This document shows positions 6,874-13,285 of a stretch of DNA of 13,514 bases, piece after piece. Below the pieces are notes generated by a model. The model did no database searches. It worked only from the letters and a program-made list of their open reading frames with translations, and was not told where the DNA came from. The stretch covers positions 1 to 13,514 of the forward strand of contig JBHGBC010000165.1 in the NCBI GenBank assembly GCA_041946805.1. The letters run 5' to 3'. The stretch comes from a bacterium (GTDB taxonomy: Bacteria; Hinthialibacterota; Hinthialibacteria; Hinthialibacterales; Hinthialibacteraceae). Numbering within the stretch: the stretch's first letter is position 1; every line of letters begins with the position of its first letter. The position numbers were made by a program, and so were the translations under genes.

Positions 6874-7854
6874 CTATTTCGCCATTTTCAGCTTTTCCCA
6901 GGCGATGGCGGCCGCGCCCAGGATGCCGGCGTCGTCTCCCAACTGGGCGGGGACGATTTCCACCCCTTCGTACATGATGGGGAAACAATTTTGTTTTGCG
7001 TAGTCTTTAATAATCGGTAGGATCAGATCGCTCAGGTTCCCCATCAATCCGCCGCCGATGATCACCATTTCGGGGCTGAGAACGTTGATGAGGCTGCCCA
7101 CGGCGATGCCGGTGTACCGGGCCGCCGTCTTGATTTCCTGCAGGACCAGTTTGTCCTTCGCCTCGATTGCCTGGCTGAACACACTGCTGGTCAGCTGGGA
7201 CCAATCATTGCCTATAAGCTTCGTGAGGATGGTGGATTTGCCTTTTTTGATGGAGCGCTGCAGACTGCGGATCATGGCCGTCTTGCTGGCGTAGGCCTCG
7301 AGGCAGCCGCACTGGCCGCAGCCGCATTTCCGGCCGTTGACCACCAGCTTGATATGGCCCAGTTCGCCCGCGTTGTAGCTGAAGCCGTGGAGCAGTTTGC
7401 CGTCCACGATCAGTCCCCCGCCGATGCCGGTGCCCATGAAGATGCCGATGACGTGCTGGCGTCCCTGGCCCGCGCCGTATATGTATTCGCCGAAGGTCCC
7501 CACGTTCACATCATTGTCGATGAAGGCGGGGATGCCCAAATCCTGACTCAGGAATCCGGTGATCGGCGCGTTGACGAGATTGATGTTGGGCGTCTCGATG
7601 ACCGTCCCCTTGACGGGGTCCAACGGGCCGGGGGACCCGATTCCCACGGCGGCGATATCGGCCAGCGGGACTTGGGCGGCTTCGACGGCTTCACGGCAAC
7701 AGGCGGCGATGCGGCCCATGATCTCTTCCGCCGGTTTTTCCGGCTTGGTTTTCTTTTTCGCCCGTCCCCGGATCTCACCGGATTGAGAAACCACCGCGGC
7801 CAGGATTTTCGTACCACCCAAATCCACGCCCAGAACATAGTTTGCACCGGCCAT
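6874..7854 (-). CDS. ROK-family sugar kinase (glucokinase-like)
   Basis: GVDLGGTK, GIGSPG, DNDVN, GTGIGGG, GELGH, CGCGQCGCLE zinc motif, GDDAGILGAA; no N-terminal HTH. Start at ATG 7854 (AAAGGGGG upstream). The 115-codon upstream extension in the ORF track runs through repeats. Confidence 0.95.
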   Translation of the reverse strand: MAGANYVLGVDLGGTKILAAVVSQSGEIRGRAKKKTKPEKPAEEIMGRIAACCREAVEAAQVPLADIAAVGIGSPGPLDPVKGTVIETPNINLVNAPITGFLSQDLGIPAFIDNDVNVGTFGEYIYGAGQGRQHVIGIFMGTGIGGGLIVDGKLLHGFSYNAGELGHIKLVVNGRKCGCGQCGCLEAYASKTAMIRSLQRSIKKGKSTILTKLIGNDWSQLTSSVFSQAIEAKDKLVLQEIKTAARYTGIAVGSLINVLSPEMVIIGGGLMGNLSDLILPIIKDYAKQNCFPIMYEGVEIVPAQLGDDAGILGAAAIAWEKLKMAK

Positions 7855-7939
7855 CGGTTGCGCATGCCCCCTTTGCTTGTCGTATCGGTAATCAAGGTGA
7901 CGCCCCCCCGTTTCCCGCCGCTCACGGAAACAGACGGGG

Positions 7940-7969
7940 ATGGCTCCGGAAAGAAATCGAGCCATTATA
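7940..7969 (-). promoter_or_regulatory. Candidate -10 box and overlapping inverted repeat upstream of the ROK gene
   Basis: Perfect TATAAT on the minus strand (7969-7964). ATGGCTC-N12-GAGCCAT inverted repeat at 7940-7965. No convincing -35. Confidence 0.4.
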
Positions 7970-8069
7970 CCTTTGAGAAGGGGGTGGAGTATACCGGACC
8001 AACCATGGCGGGTAACGCAACAGGAAAGGGATGAAAATACAAGGCCGGTGGGTGGGGGAAGGTGGATTA

Positions 8070-8120
8070 TGTCTGAATCAGGATGGTCTAGATGATCAGG
8101 ATGTACAAGATGATCAGGAT
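8070..8120 (+). repeat. 9-nt-period CAGGATnnn array headed by TGTCTGAAT (second copy)
   Basis: CAGGAT, CTAGAT, CAGGAT, CAAGAT, CAGGAT at 8079, 8088, 8097, 8106 and 8115. Confidence 0.85.
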
Positions 8121-8123
8121 GTT

Positions 8124-8155
8124 GATGGATTACGCGCCGCGCGCTCAGCCATCCT
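8124..8155 (-). repeat. REP-like hairpin, family B (degenerate)
   Basis: GATGGATTACGCGCCGCGCGCTCAGCCATCCT is very similar to 8890-8921 and related to 2695-2727; the CTAC tail is eroded. Confidence 0.7.
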
Positions 8156-8377
8156 GATTTCTCACACTGATCGATTATTCGAAGAAGCCGGTATTTCAAA
8201 CATGATGATCCCGTTTATTGCATGGGATCTCGTTTTTCAATGGGAATGAGCCGATTCGTCAAAGAATACTGGCGGGGTGAGCGTGGGATCTTGTTTTGCC
8301 CGCCGCGCCTCCACCTGGATTCCAGGTGATCCCGGGCCGGCGGGAGACGCGAGTTTCGTATCGGGAAAGGGATACGC

Positions 8378-8560
8378 TTACAGGTAATGACCGGACCGGA
8401 TGCAGCGCGTGCAAGCCAACAAGCGCAGCCGCCGGCCTTGCTTCATCACCGTAACCCGTTGGAGATTGGGCATGAAACGCCGCTTGGTCTTGTTATTGGC
8501 GTGGCTCACGTTGTTCCCCACCGTAGGGCCTTTTCCACAAATTTCGCACACTCGCGACAT
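8378..8560 (-). CDS. rpmB: 50S ribosomal protein L28 (bL28), zinc-binding C+ form
   Basis: [34 protein letters not shown]...[16 protein letters not shown]. Confidence 0.98.
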   Translation of the reverse strand: MSRVCEICGKGPTVGNNVSHANNKTKRRFMPNLQRVTVMKQGRRLRLLACTRCIRSGHYL

Positions 8561-8608
8561 GGTCTCACTCCTTTACCGGATTTCACCTTCGGGACAAAAC
8601 AGAAGGAT

Positions 8609-8636
8609 AGTATAACCGGTTCCTCGAAATTCCCAA
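8609..8636 (-). promoter_or_regulatory. Candidate sigma70-type promoter for rpmB
   Basis: TTGGGA (8636-8631), 16-nt spacer, TATACT (8614-8609), 48 nt upstream of the ATG. Confidence 0.5.
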
Positions 8637-8697
8637 GGTGTTGGGAAGGGCATGGAAGTGGTCTGCCGCGGGGGGGCAAGGGCGGCCGGTTTTATTG

Positions 8698-8720
8698 CCC
8701 CGGGTTGAAGCCCTGGGCTA
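8698..8720 (-). repeat. REP-like hairpin, family A variant
   Basis: CCCCGGGTTGAAGCCCTGGGCTA; the 22-nt core is 19/22 identical to 11624-11645. Confidence 0.75.
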
Positions 8721-8734
8721 GTTTAAACGGGACA

Positions 8735-8770
8735 CCCCTCACCCCCGGGCCCCACCGGGGGAGAGGGGGG
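8735..8770 (+). repeat. CCTCACCCC...GGGAGAGGG dispersed repeat (family C), copy 1
   Basis: Shares CCTCACCCC and the 18-bp CCCACCGGGGGAGAGGGG (8751-8768) with 8944-8980. Confidence 0.8.
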
Positions 8771-8798
8771 AAAGAGAGAGAAGTGGCCGGGTATCCCC

Positions 8799-8854
8799 GC
8801 CGTAGGTTAAAACCTACGGCTACTCACATTTTCTGGAATCCCCTGCGGGGATTC
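8799..8854 (-). repeat. GTAG-type REP-like element, family A (main hairpin plus second small hairpin)
   Basis: 28-bp identity to 295-322, then GAATCCCC-TGC-GGGGATTC (8836-8854). Confidence 0.85.
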
Positions 8855-8889
8855 GATGTGGGGAAGCATGGCAAAGACGGATTGGCGAT

Positions 8890-8921
8890 GATGGGCTACG
8901 CGCTGGCGCGCTAACCCATCC
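8890..8921 (-). repeat. REP-like hairpin, family B
   Basis: GATGGG-CTA-CGCGC-TG-GCGCG-CTAA-CCCATC interrupted stem. Confidence 0.75.
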
Positions 8922-8943
8922 GGCGCCGGCTGCGTGCCGCACT

Positions 8944-8980
8944 CCTCACCCCAAGATCCTCTCCCACCGGGGGAGAGGGG
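8944..8980 (+). repeat. CCTCACCCC...GGGAGAGGG dispersed repeat (family C), copy 2
   Basis: CCTCACCCC, then the hairpin CCTCTCCC-ACCGG-GGGAGAGG. Confidence 0.8.
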
Positions 8981-9025
8981 AGATGACGCGAGCCCCGCCT
9001 GCAAATATCGGGGGAGGAAATGAAA

Positions 9026-9058
9026 AAGGAATTAAAGGACCTCAAGAACGGAAAGGGG
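9026..9058 (+). repeat. Degenerate 9-nt-period AAGGACnnn array
   Basis: AAGGAA, AAGGAC, AAGAAC, AAGGGG at 9026, 9035, 9044 and 9053. Confidence 0.4.
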
Positions 9059-9131
9059 GCGCGGGAAAGCGGGCCCCGGGCCATCGTGGGTATGTTTTCC
9101 GCCATCGGGAGAGAAGAAACGCATGGCGGGG

Positions 9132-9160
9132 TGTAAGAAAAGGGCGGATGCTTGCGTCAA
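9132..9160 (+). promoter_or_regulatory. Candidate autoregulatory ECF promoter
   Basis: TGTAAG (9132-9137), 17-nt spacer, CGTCAA (9155-9160), 74 nt upstream of the ECF gene. A CGT-core -10 is typical of ECF promoters. Confidence 0.55.
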
Positions 9161-9234
9161 GATAGATAGAACGCGGTTTTCGCCGCAGACGGCCAGGGAT
9201 CCCCGGCGGGAGTCGCACCATCGGAGGGAAAACC

Positions 9235-9834
9235 ATGAGCCACGATCAAGCCGAATGGGTGGCGGACCTATCGAACACGTACGGCCGGATGGTGTTCACG
9301 GCGGCCTACCGGGTCCTGGGCAACGCCGAGGACGCGGAAGATGTGCTCCAGGACGTGTTTCTGAAATTGTTGGGATCCTGGCGGGGGCGGTGGAAACCGG
9401 ATTCCGTGCGCGATTGGGGGGCGTACCTGCGGGTGACCGCTTCCCGCCGCGCCGTGGACCTGCTGCGCCGGAAACCGAAGGGGAGGCAGGAATGCCGGGA
9501 GTTCGACCAGGAGGTGGAAGCGCCGGCCGAAAACAATCCCCGTTTTCTCGCCAGCCAGAACCAGAAGGCGCGGTTGTTGCGGCATGCGCTGAGCCGGCTG
9601 CCGGAACGGGACGCCCGGGTTTTCGCCCTGCGCTACCTGGAGGATTTCCCGTACGAGGCCATCGCCGAACAGATGAACCTGAGCGTGAACCAGGTGGGGG
9701 TGATCCTCCACCGGGCGCGCGTCCGGCTCCGGGAGTTTCTCCAGGCCGCCGGCGAGTCCAGCGTGGAACGGCGGGGCGTCCGGGATGCCATCGAGAATCC
9801 TGAGAGAAAGGAAACCAGTCATGTCGAATCATAA
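9235..9834 (+). CDS. ECF-type RNA polymerase sigma-70 factor
   Basis: Region 2 DAEDVLQDVF...AYLRVTASRRAVDLLR; region 4 LSRLPERDARVFALRYLEDFPYEAIAEQMNLSVNQVGVILHRARVRL; GGAGG SD. Confidence 0.95.
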   Translation: MSHDQAEWVADLSNTYGRMVFTAAYRVLGNAEDAEDVLQDVFLKLLGSWRGRWKPDSVRDWGAYLRVTASRRAVDLLRRKPKGRQECREFDQEVEAPAENNPRFLASQNQKARLLRHALSRLPERDARVFALRYLEDFPYEAIAEQMNLSVNQVGVILHRARVRLREFLQAAGESSVERRGVRDAIENPERKETSHVES

Positions 9835-11041
9835 ATTCGATCCCGGCCGATACGAACCGAATACCGAGGAATTGGGGGCGCTCGGGGATCTGATCGAGGC
9901 CGTCCGGGGCGACGCGCCGAGCGAGGAGCAGTGGCAGAAGGCCCGCCGGAACCTGGCGGAACAACTGGAAAAACGGAAACAGGAGGGTTGGATCATGAAC
10001 CTATTACGCAATCAAGGCAAGGCATTCGTCGTGGCCCGGTGGGCGGCGGCCGCCGCGCTGACCCTGGCGGTGATCGCCCTGGCGTTGGGCATCACGCCTT
10101 GGAAGAGCCCCAAGGACCTGGCCTTCGCGGAAGTCCTGGAACAAATCCGGGCGGTCAAAACCCTGCGGTTCACCAGCACCGCCGAAGGTCAGGGGGAAAG
10201 AATAACCTTCCAGACGGAATACATGGAACCGGGGAAACAACGCGTGACCTCGGAAGATGGCAACGTCAACATCATGGACATGGTCCAAAACAAGGCGCTG
10301 AGCCTGATGCCGTCCCAGAAAAAAGCGTCCCGGCTGGACTTTTCCAACGTGCCCAATCAAAAGCCGCAGGAGAACTTCATCGAATCGTTGCAGAAAATGC
10401 AGGACGGGACGGAAGAGACGCTGGGGCGCGGCCAAATCGAGGGCACGCTGGTGTACGGATTCCGGGTCAAGCAAGAGGGCAGCGAATACACCATTTGGGC
10501 GGACATGCGCACGGGCCTGCCGGTGCGGGTGGAAATCACCATGGCCACGTTCGGCGCGATGAAATTCACCCTGAGCGATTTCGAATTCAATCCCCCGCTG
10601 GACGAATCCCGGTTCAGCGTGGAGCCGCCCGCGGAATATGAGCTCATACCGATACTGATGCCCTCCGTCGATGTGTCCGAGCCCACCGAGAACGACCTGA
10701 TCGCGGTGCTGCGGATGATCACGCAGAAAAGCGGCCGTTTTCCGGAGAGTTTGACCTTCCAGGACCTGGCGAAACTGCTGGGCGGAAAGATCGGCCAGGG
10801 TGATCCCACGCCGGAGGAGATCCAGGAGTTCACTACACAATTCATCACGCTGCAGCGTGGCCTGCTCTTCGTCCAGAAAAATCTGGGCAACGACTGGCAC
10901 TACGAGGCCCAGGGGATTGCGCCGGGGGCCAAGGACGCGGTCTGCTGGTGGCGGCCGCAAGGCGCGGAGACGTACCGGGTGATCTACGCGGACCTGACCG
11001 CCGCGGATGTCCGCCCGGAGGAGTTCATGAAGGAACCCTAA
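9821..11041 (+). CDS. Putative membrane-anchored anti-sigma factor with LolA-like extracytoplasmic domain
   Basis: ATG 9821 with AAGGA SD overlaps the sigma gene by 14 nt. About 65-aa soluble helical N-terminus, one TM helix (WAAAAALTLAVIALALGI), AFAEVLEQIR, then a LolA-like beta-rich region ending TIWADMRTGLPVRVE...DFEFNPPLDESRFSVEPP, plus an extra C-terminal domain. Confidence 0.8.
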   Translation: MSNHKFDPGRYEPNTEELGALGDLIEAVRGDAPSEEQWQKARRNLAEQLEKRKQEGWIMNLLRNQGKAFVVARWAAAAALTLAVIALALGITPWKSPKDLAFAEVLEQIRAVKTLRFTSTAEGQGERITFQTEYMEPGKQRVTSEDGNVNIMDMVQNKALSLMPSQKKASRLDFSNVPNQKPQENFIESLQKMQDGTEETLGRGQIEGTLVYGFRVKQEGSEYTIWADMRTGLPVRVEITMATFGAMKFTLSDFEFNPPLDESRFSVEPPAEYELIPILMPSVDVSEPTENDLIAVLRMITQKSGRFPESLTFQDLAKLLGGKIGQGDPTPEEIQEFTTQFITLQRGLLFVQKNLGNDWHYEAQGIAPGAKDAVCWWRPQGAETYRVIYADLTAADVRPEEFMKEP

Positions 11042-11077
11042 AGCGGGCCGGACAATGTGGCAGACAGGGTGATCCAG

Positions 11078-11105
11078 CGCGGGGCCTTCGGGCCCTGCGG
11101 TTTTT
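11078..11105 (+). terminator. Rho-independent terminator of the ECF operon
   Basis: CGCGGGGCC-TTCG-GGCCCTGCG 9-bp stem (one G-U pair) with C(UUCG)G loop, followed by GTTTTT, between convergent genes. Confidence 0.85.
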
Positions 11106-11119
11106 GTCCTCCCGGGGGA

Positions 11120-11458
11120 TTACGGGATCAGCTGGTCGAGAGCCTCGAAGTCGTTGCGGAAGATTTTGAAACTTTTGCTGAGATGGACCATGTCGAACAA
11201 TTCCGTCAGTTGCTCATTGGGAGAGCAGAGGACCAGGATTTTGCCCTCGGCCTGGGAGGCTTTATGGGCTTCCAGGAGCGAGCGGAGGCAGGAGCTGCTC
11301 ATGTAGAGGGTTTTGGAGAGATCCAGCAGCACCTTGCCTTCGCCATCGCGCAGAGCCCGGTTCAGGCAGGCGGAAAATTCCGGGATGGCCGTCAGGTCCA
11401 CCCGGCCTTCGGGTTGAAGAACCACGACGTCCGCGACTTTTTTCTCGGTGATCTTCAT
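11120..11458 (-). CDS. STAS-domain anti-sigma factor antagonist (RsbV/SpoIIAA-like)
   Basis: 112 aa; VVVLQPEGRVD, VLLDLSKTLYMSSSCLRSLL, ELFDMVHL. Confidence 0.92.
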   Translation of the reverse strand: MKITEKKVADVVVLQPEGRVDLTAIPEFSACLNRALRDGEGKVLLDLSKTLYMSSSCLRSLLEAHKASQAEGKILVLCSPNEQLTELFDMVHLSKSFKIFRNDFEALDQLIP

Positions 11459-11544
11459 GCGCTTATCCTATTGCCTGGAAGGCATACCGTAATGGCTCAT
11501 CCGGTATAGGCCTACCGGGTGATAAAAAGTAAGGGATCCACTTT

Positions 11545-11550
11545 ATTATA
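11545..11550 (-). promoter_or_regulatory. Candidate -10 box for the STAS gene
   Basis: Perfect TATAAT on the minus strand in an AT-rich patch 86 nt upstream of the ATG; no clear -35. Confidence 0.35.
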
Positions 11551-11623
11551 CGCACGATCACCGGATTCCGGCGTTATAAAATACTCGCCCTCATTTTCTC
11601 CCAGCCACTCTTCCAGCCATTCT

Positions 11624-11667
11624 CCCAGGGCTGAAGCCCAGGGCTGGTTACAATGCGCCGCGGGGGC
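11624..11667 (-). repeat. REP-like element, family A variant with eroded second hairpin
   Basis: CCCAGGGC-TGAA-GCCCAGGG-CT, then GCGCCGCGGGGGC. Confidence 0.75.
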
Positions 11668-11766
11668 TTAAAAAAACCCGGTTTTGCATCTCGAAAAATC
11701 ATTTGTTACGAAATTTCGACAGAAAGTAATTCCCATCAAAAACCGGCTCATGTTTGGCGGAAGAGC

Positions 11767-12900
11767 CTACTTGATATCCACGACCACGAGCGTGAGGTCG
11801 TCTTCCGGTTCATGCACGCGGTAGTTGCCCAGATCCGCAAACAGGGTATTGATCAAATCCACGGGAGGCAGATGGTGGCGCCGGGCAACCCACTCCTTCA
11901 TGCCCTGAATGCCCAGCATGTCCCCGGCGGGGCCGCGGCTGTCGGTGAAACCATCGGAATAGATCAAGACCCGGTCGCCGTGATTGAGGGGGATGGTAGT
12001 CTCGTTGTGAGCGCCCAGGATCCCGGGAATCATGCCGATCGGCGGCATGTGGGAAGCGATGGATTCGAGGCAAAGCGTCCGGCCGCGCCAGATCAGCAGG
12101 TCGGGGTGGCCGGCGTTGGAAGCGGTCAGGATTCCCTCATCGAGATCGAAGAGGGCCAGTCCCATGGTGATGAACATGCTGGCCTGGGTGATGTTTTGAA
12201 GAATGAAGTGGTTCAGCCGGTCGATGACCTGGGCGGGAGGGCGGTCCTCGGCCAAGAGGAATTGAATCTGATTGTGGATCAGGCTTGCGGTCAGGGCGGC
12301 CGAGACGCCATGCCCGCTCACATCGTACAAGGCCACGGCGAGGCGGCGGGAGTTGTACGAATACACCGTCAGGTAATCGCCGCCGATGTGGATCAAGGGC
12401 TGGTAGCGGTACTGCAAGGTGAAGCAATCCGTCTCGACCGGTTCGGGCAGGAGGCAGCGCTGGATGGTGGCGGCGTGGCGCAGATCCTCCTCCAATTGCC
12501 GCTGCTGTTCCTTGAGTTTCTGCCGCATGGCGTTGCACTGCAAGACCCGGTCGACGACCTTCATCATGTAGGCCAAGTCGATGGGTTTGGTCAAAAAGTC
12601 GGCGGCGCCCGCCTTCATGGCGTCGATGGCGTACTGCATGGTGCCGAAGGCGGTCATGATAACCACCGGCACCTCGATTTGGCGTTCCAGCAGAGCCTGC
12701 AGCAGTTGCATGCCGCCCATGCCCGGCATCATGAGGTCGGAGATCATGAGGTCGGGGGTGTGGCAATCGAGGACGCGCAGCGCGTCGGCGCCATCGGTGG
12801 CTTCGAGCACGTCGAAGCCCTTATACGCGACGAATTCGCACAGGTTTTCGCGGATGTCATCCTCGTCGTCCACGATCAGCAGCAGGGGTTTTTCGTTCAT
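11767..12900 (-). CDS. Response regulator receiver - PP2C/SpoIIE serine phosphatase (RsbU/RsbY-like)
   Basis: REC domain (IVDD, SDLMMP, MTAFG, KP), coiled coil, IQRCLLP, PP2C motifs GGDY, DVSGHG, NAGHP, YSDG and DDLT. Confidence 0.95.
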   Translation of the reverse strand: MNEKPLLLIVDDEDDIRENLCEFVAYKGFDVLEATDGADALRVLDCHTPDLMISDLMMPGMGGMQLLQALLERQIEVPVVIMTAFGTMQYAIDAMKAGAADFLTKPIDLAYMMKVVDRVLQCNAMRQKLKEQQRQLEEDLRHAATIQRCLLPEPVETDCFTLQYRYQPLIHIGGDYLTVYSYNSRRLAVALYDVSGHGVSAALTASLIHNQIQFLLAEDRPPAQVIDRLNHFILQNITQASMFITMGLALFDLDEGILTASNAGHPDLLIWRGRTLCLESIASHMPPIGMIPGILGAHNETTIPLNHGDRVLIYSDGFTDSRGPAGDMLGIQGMKEWVARRHHLPPVDLINTLFADLGNYRVHEPEDDLTLVVVDIK

Positions 12901-12910
12901 GGCCGTGACT

Positions 12911-13285
12911 CTACGCGCCGGCGCGGTTCACGATTTCCTCGACGGCCTGCAGGATGTCCTCATGGGAGTAGGGCTTGAGGATGATCCGGTCCGCGCCATA
13001 AGCCGCGGCCTGGTCGAGAATGCCGCGGACCGAGGAGGCGCTGACCATGGCCACCGGCAGATGGGGCCGGCGTTCCTTGATCCGGCGCAGGACTTCCAGG
13101 CCGTCGACGCCGGGCAGTTGGATGTCGAGCAGCACCAGGTCGCCGGAGATGGAATCGAATTCCTCGAGAAATTCCTCCCCGGTGGCATAGGTTTCCACGT
13201 GATAGCCTTTGAACTCGAGCAAGTCCTGCAGGTTTTCACGCAGTTCTTCTTCGTCATCCACGATCAGGATTGTCGTATGGTTCAT
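12911..13285 (-). CDS. Single-domain response regulator (CheY-like receiver)
   Basis: ILIVDDE, LLDIQLPGVDG, MVSA, LKPY; 124 aa from ATG 13285, overlapping the kinase 3' end by 32 nt. Confidence 0.93.
   Translation of the reverse strand: MNHTTILIVDDEEELRENLQDLLEFKGYHVETYATGEEFLEEFDSISGDLVLLDIQLPGVDGLEVLRRIKERRPHLPVAMVSASSVRGILDQAAAYGADRIILKPYSHEDILQAVEEIVNRAGA

Noticed and set aside
7855..8199. 115-aa N-terminal extension of the ROK protein containing HPDHL repeats (possible His-rich metal-binding or repressor domain)
   Set aside because: HPDHLVHPDHLDHPDSD is simply the antisense translation of the CAGGAT array also present at 2652; no HTH; the ROK fold starts at M7854.
8387..9236. Small ORFs in the rpmB-ECF spacer
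   Set aside because: They translate repeat elements (e.g. PLTPGPHRGRG, RRLKPTAT) and lack independent coding evidence.
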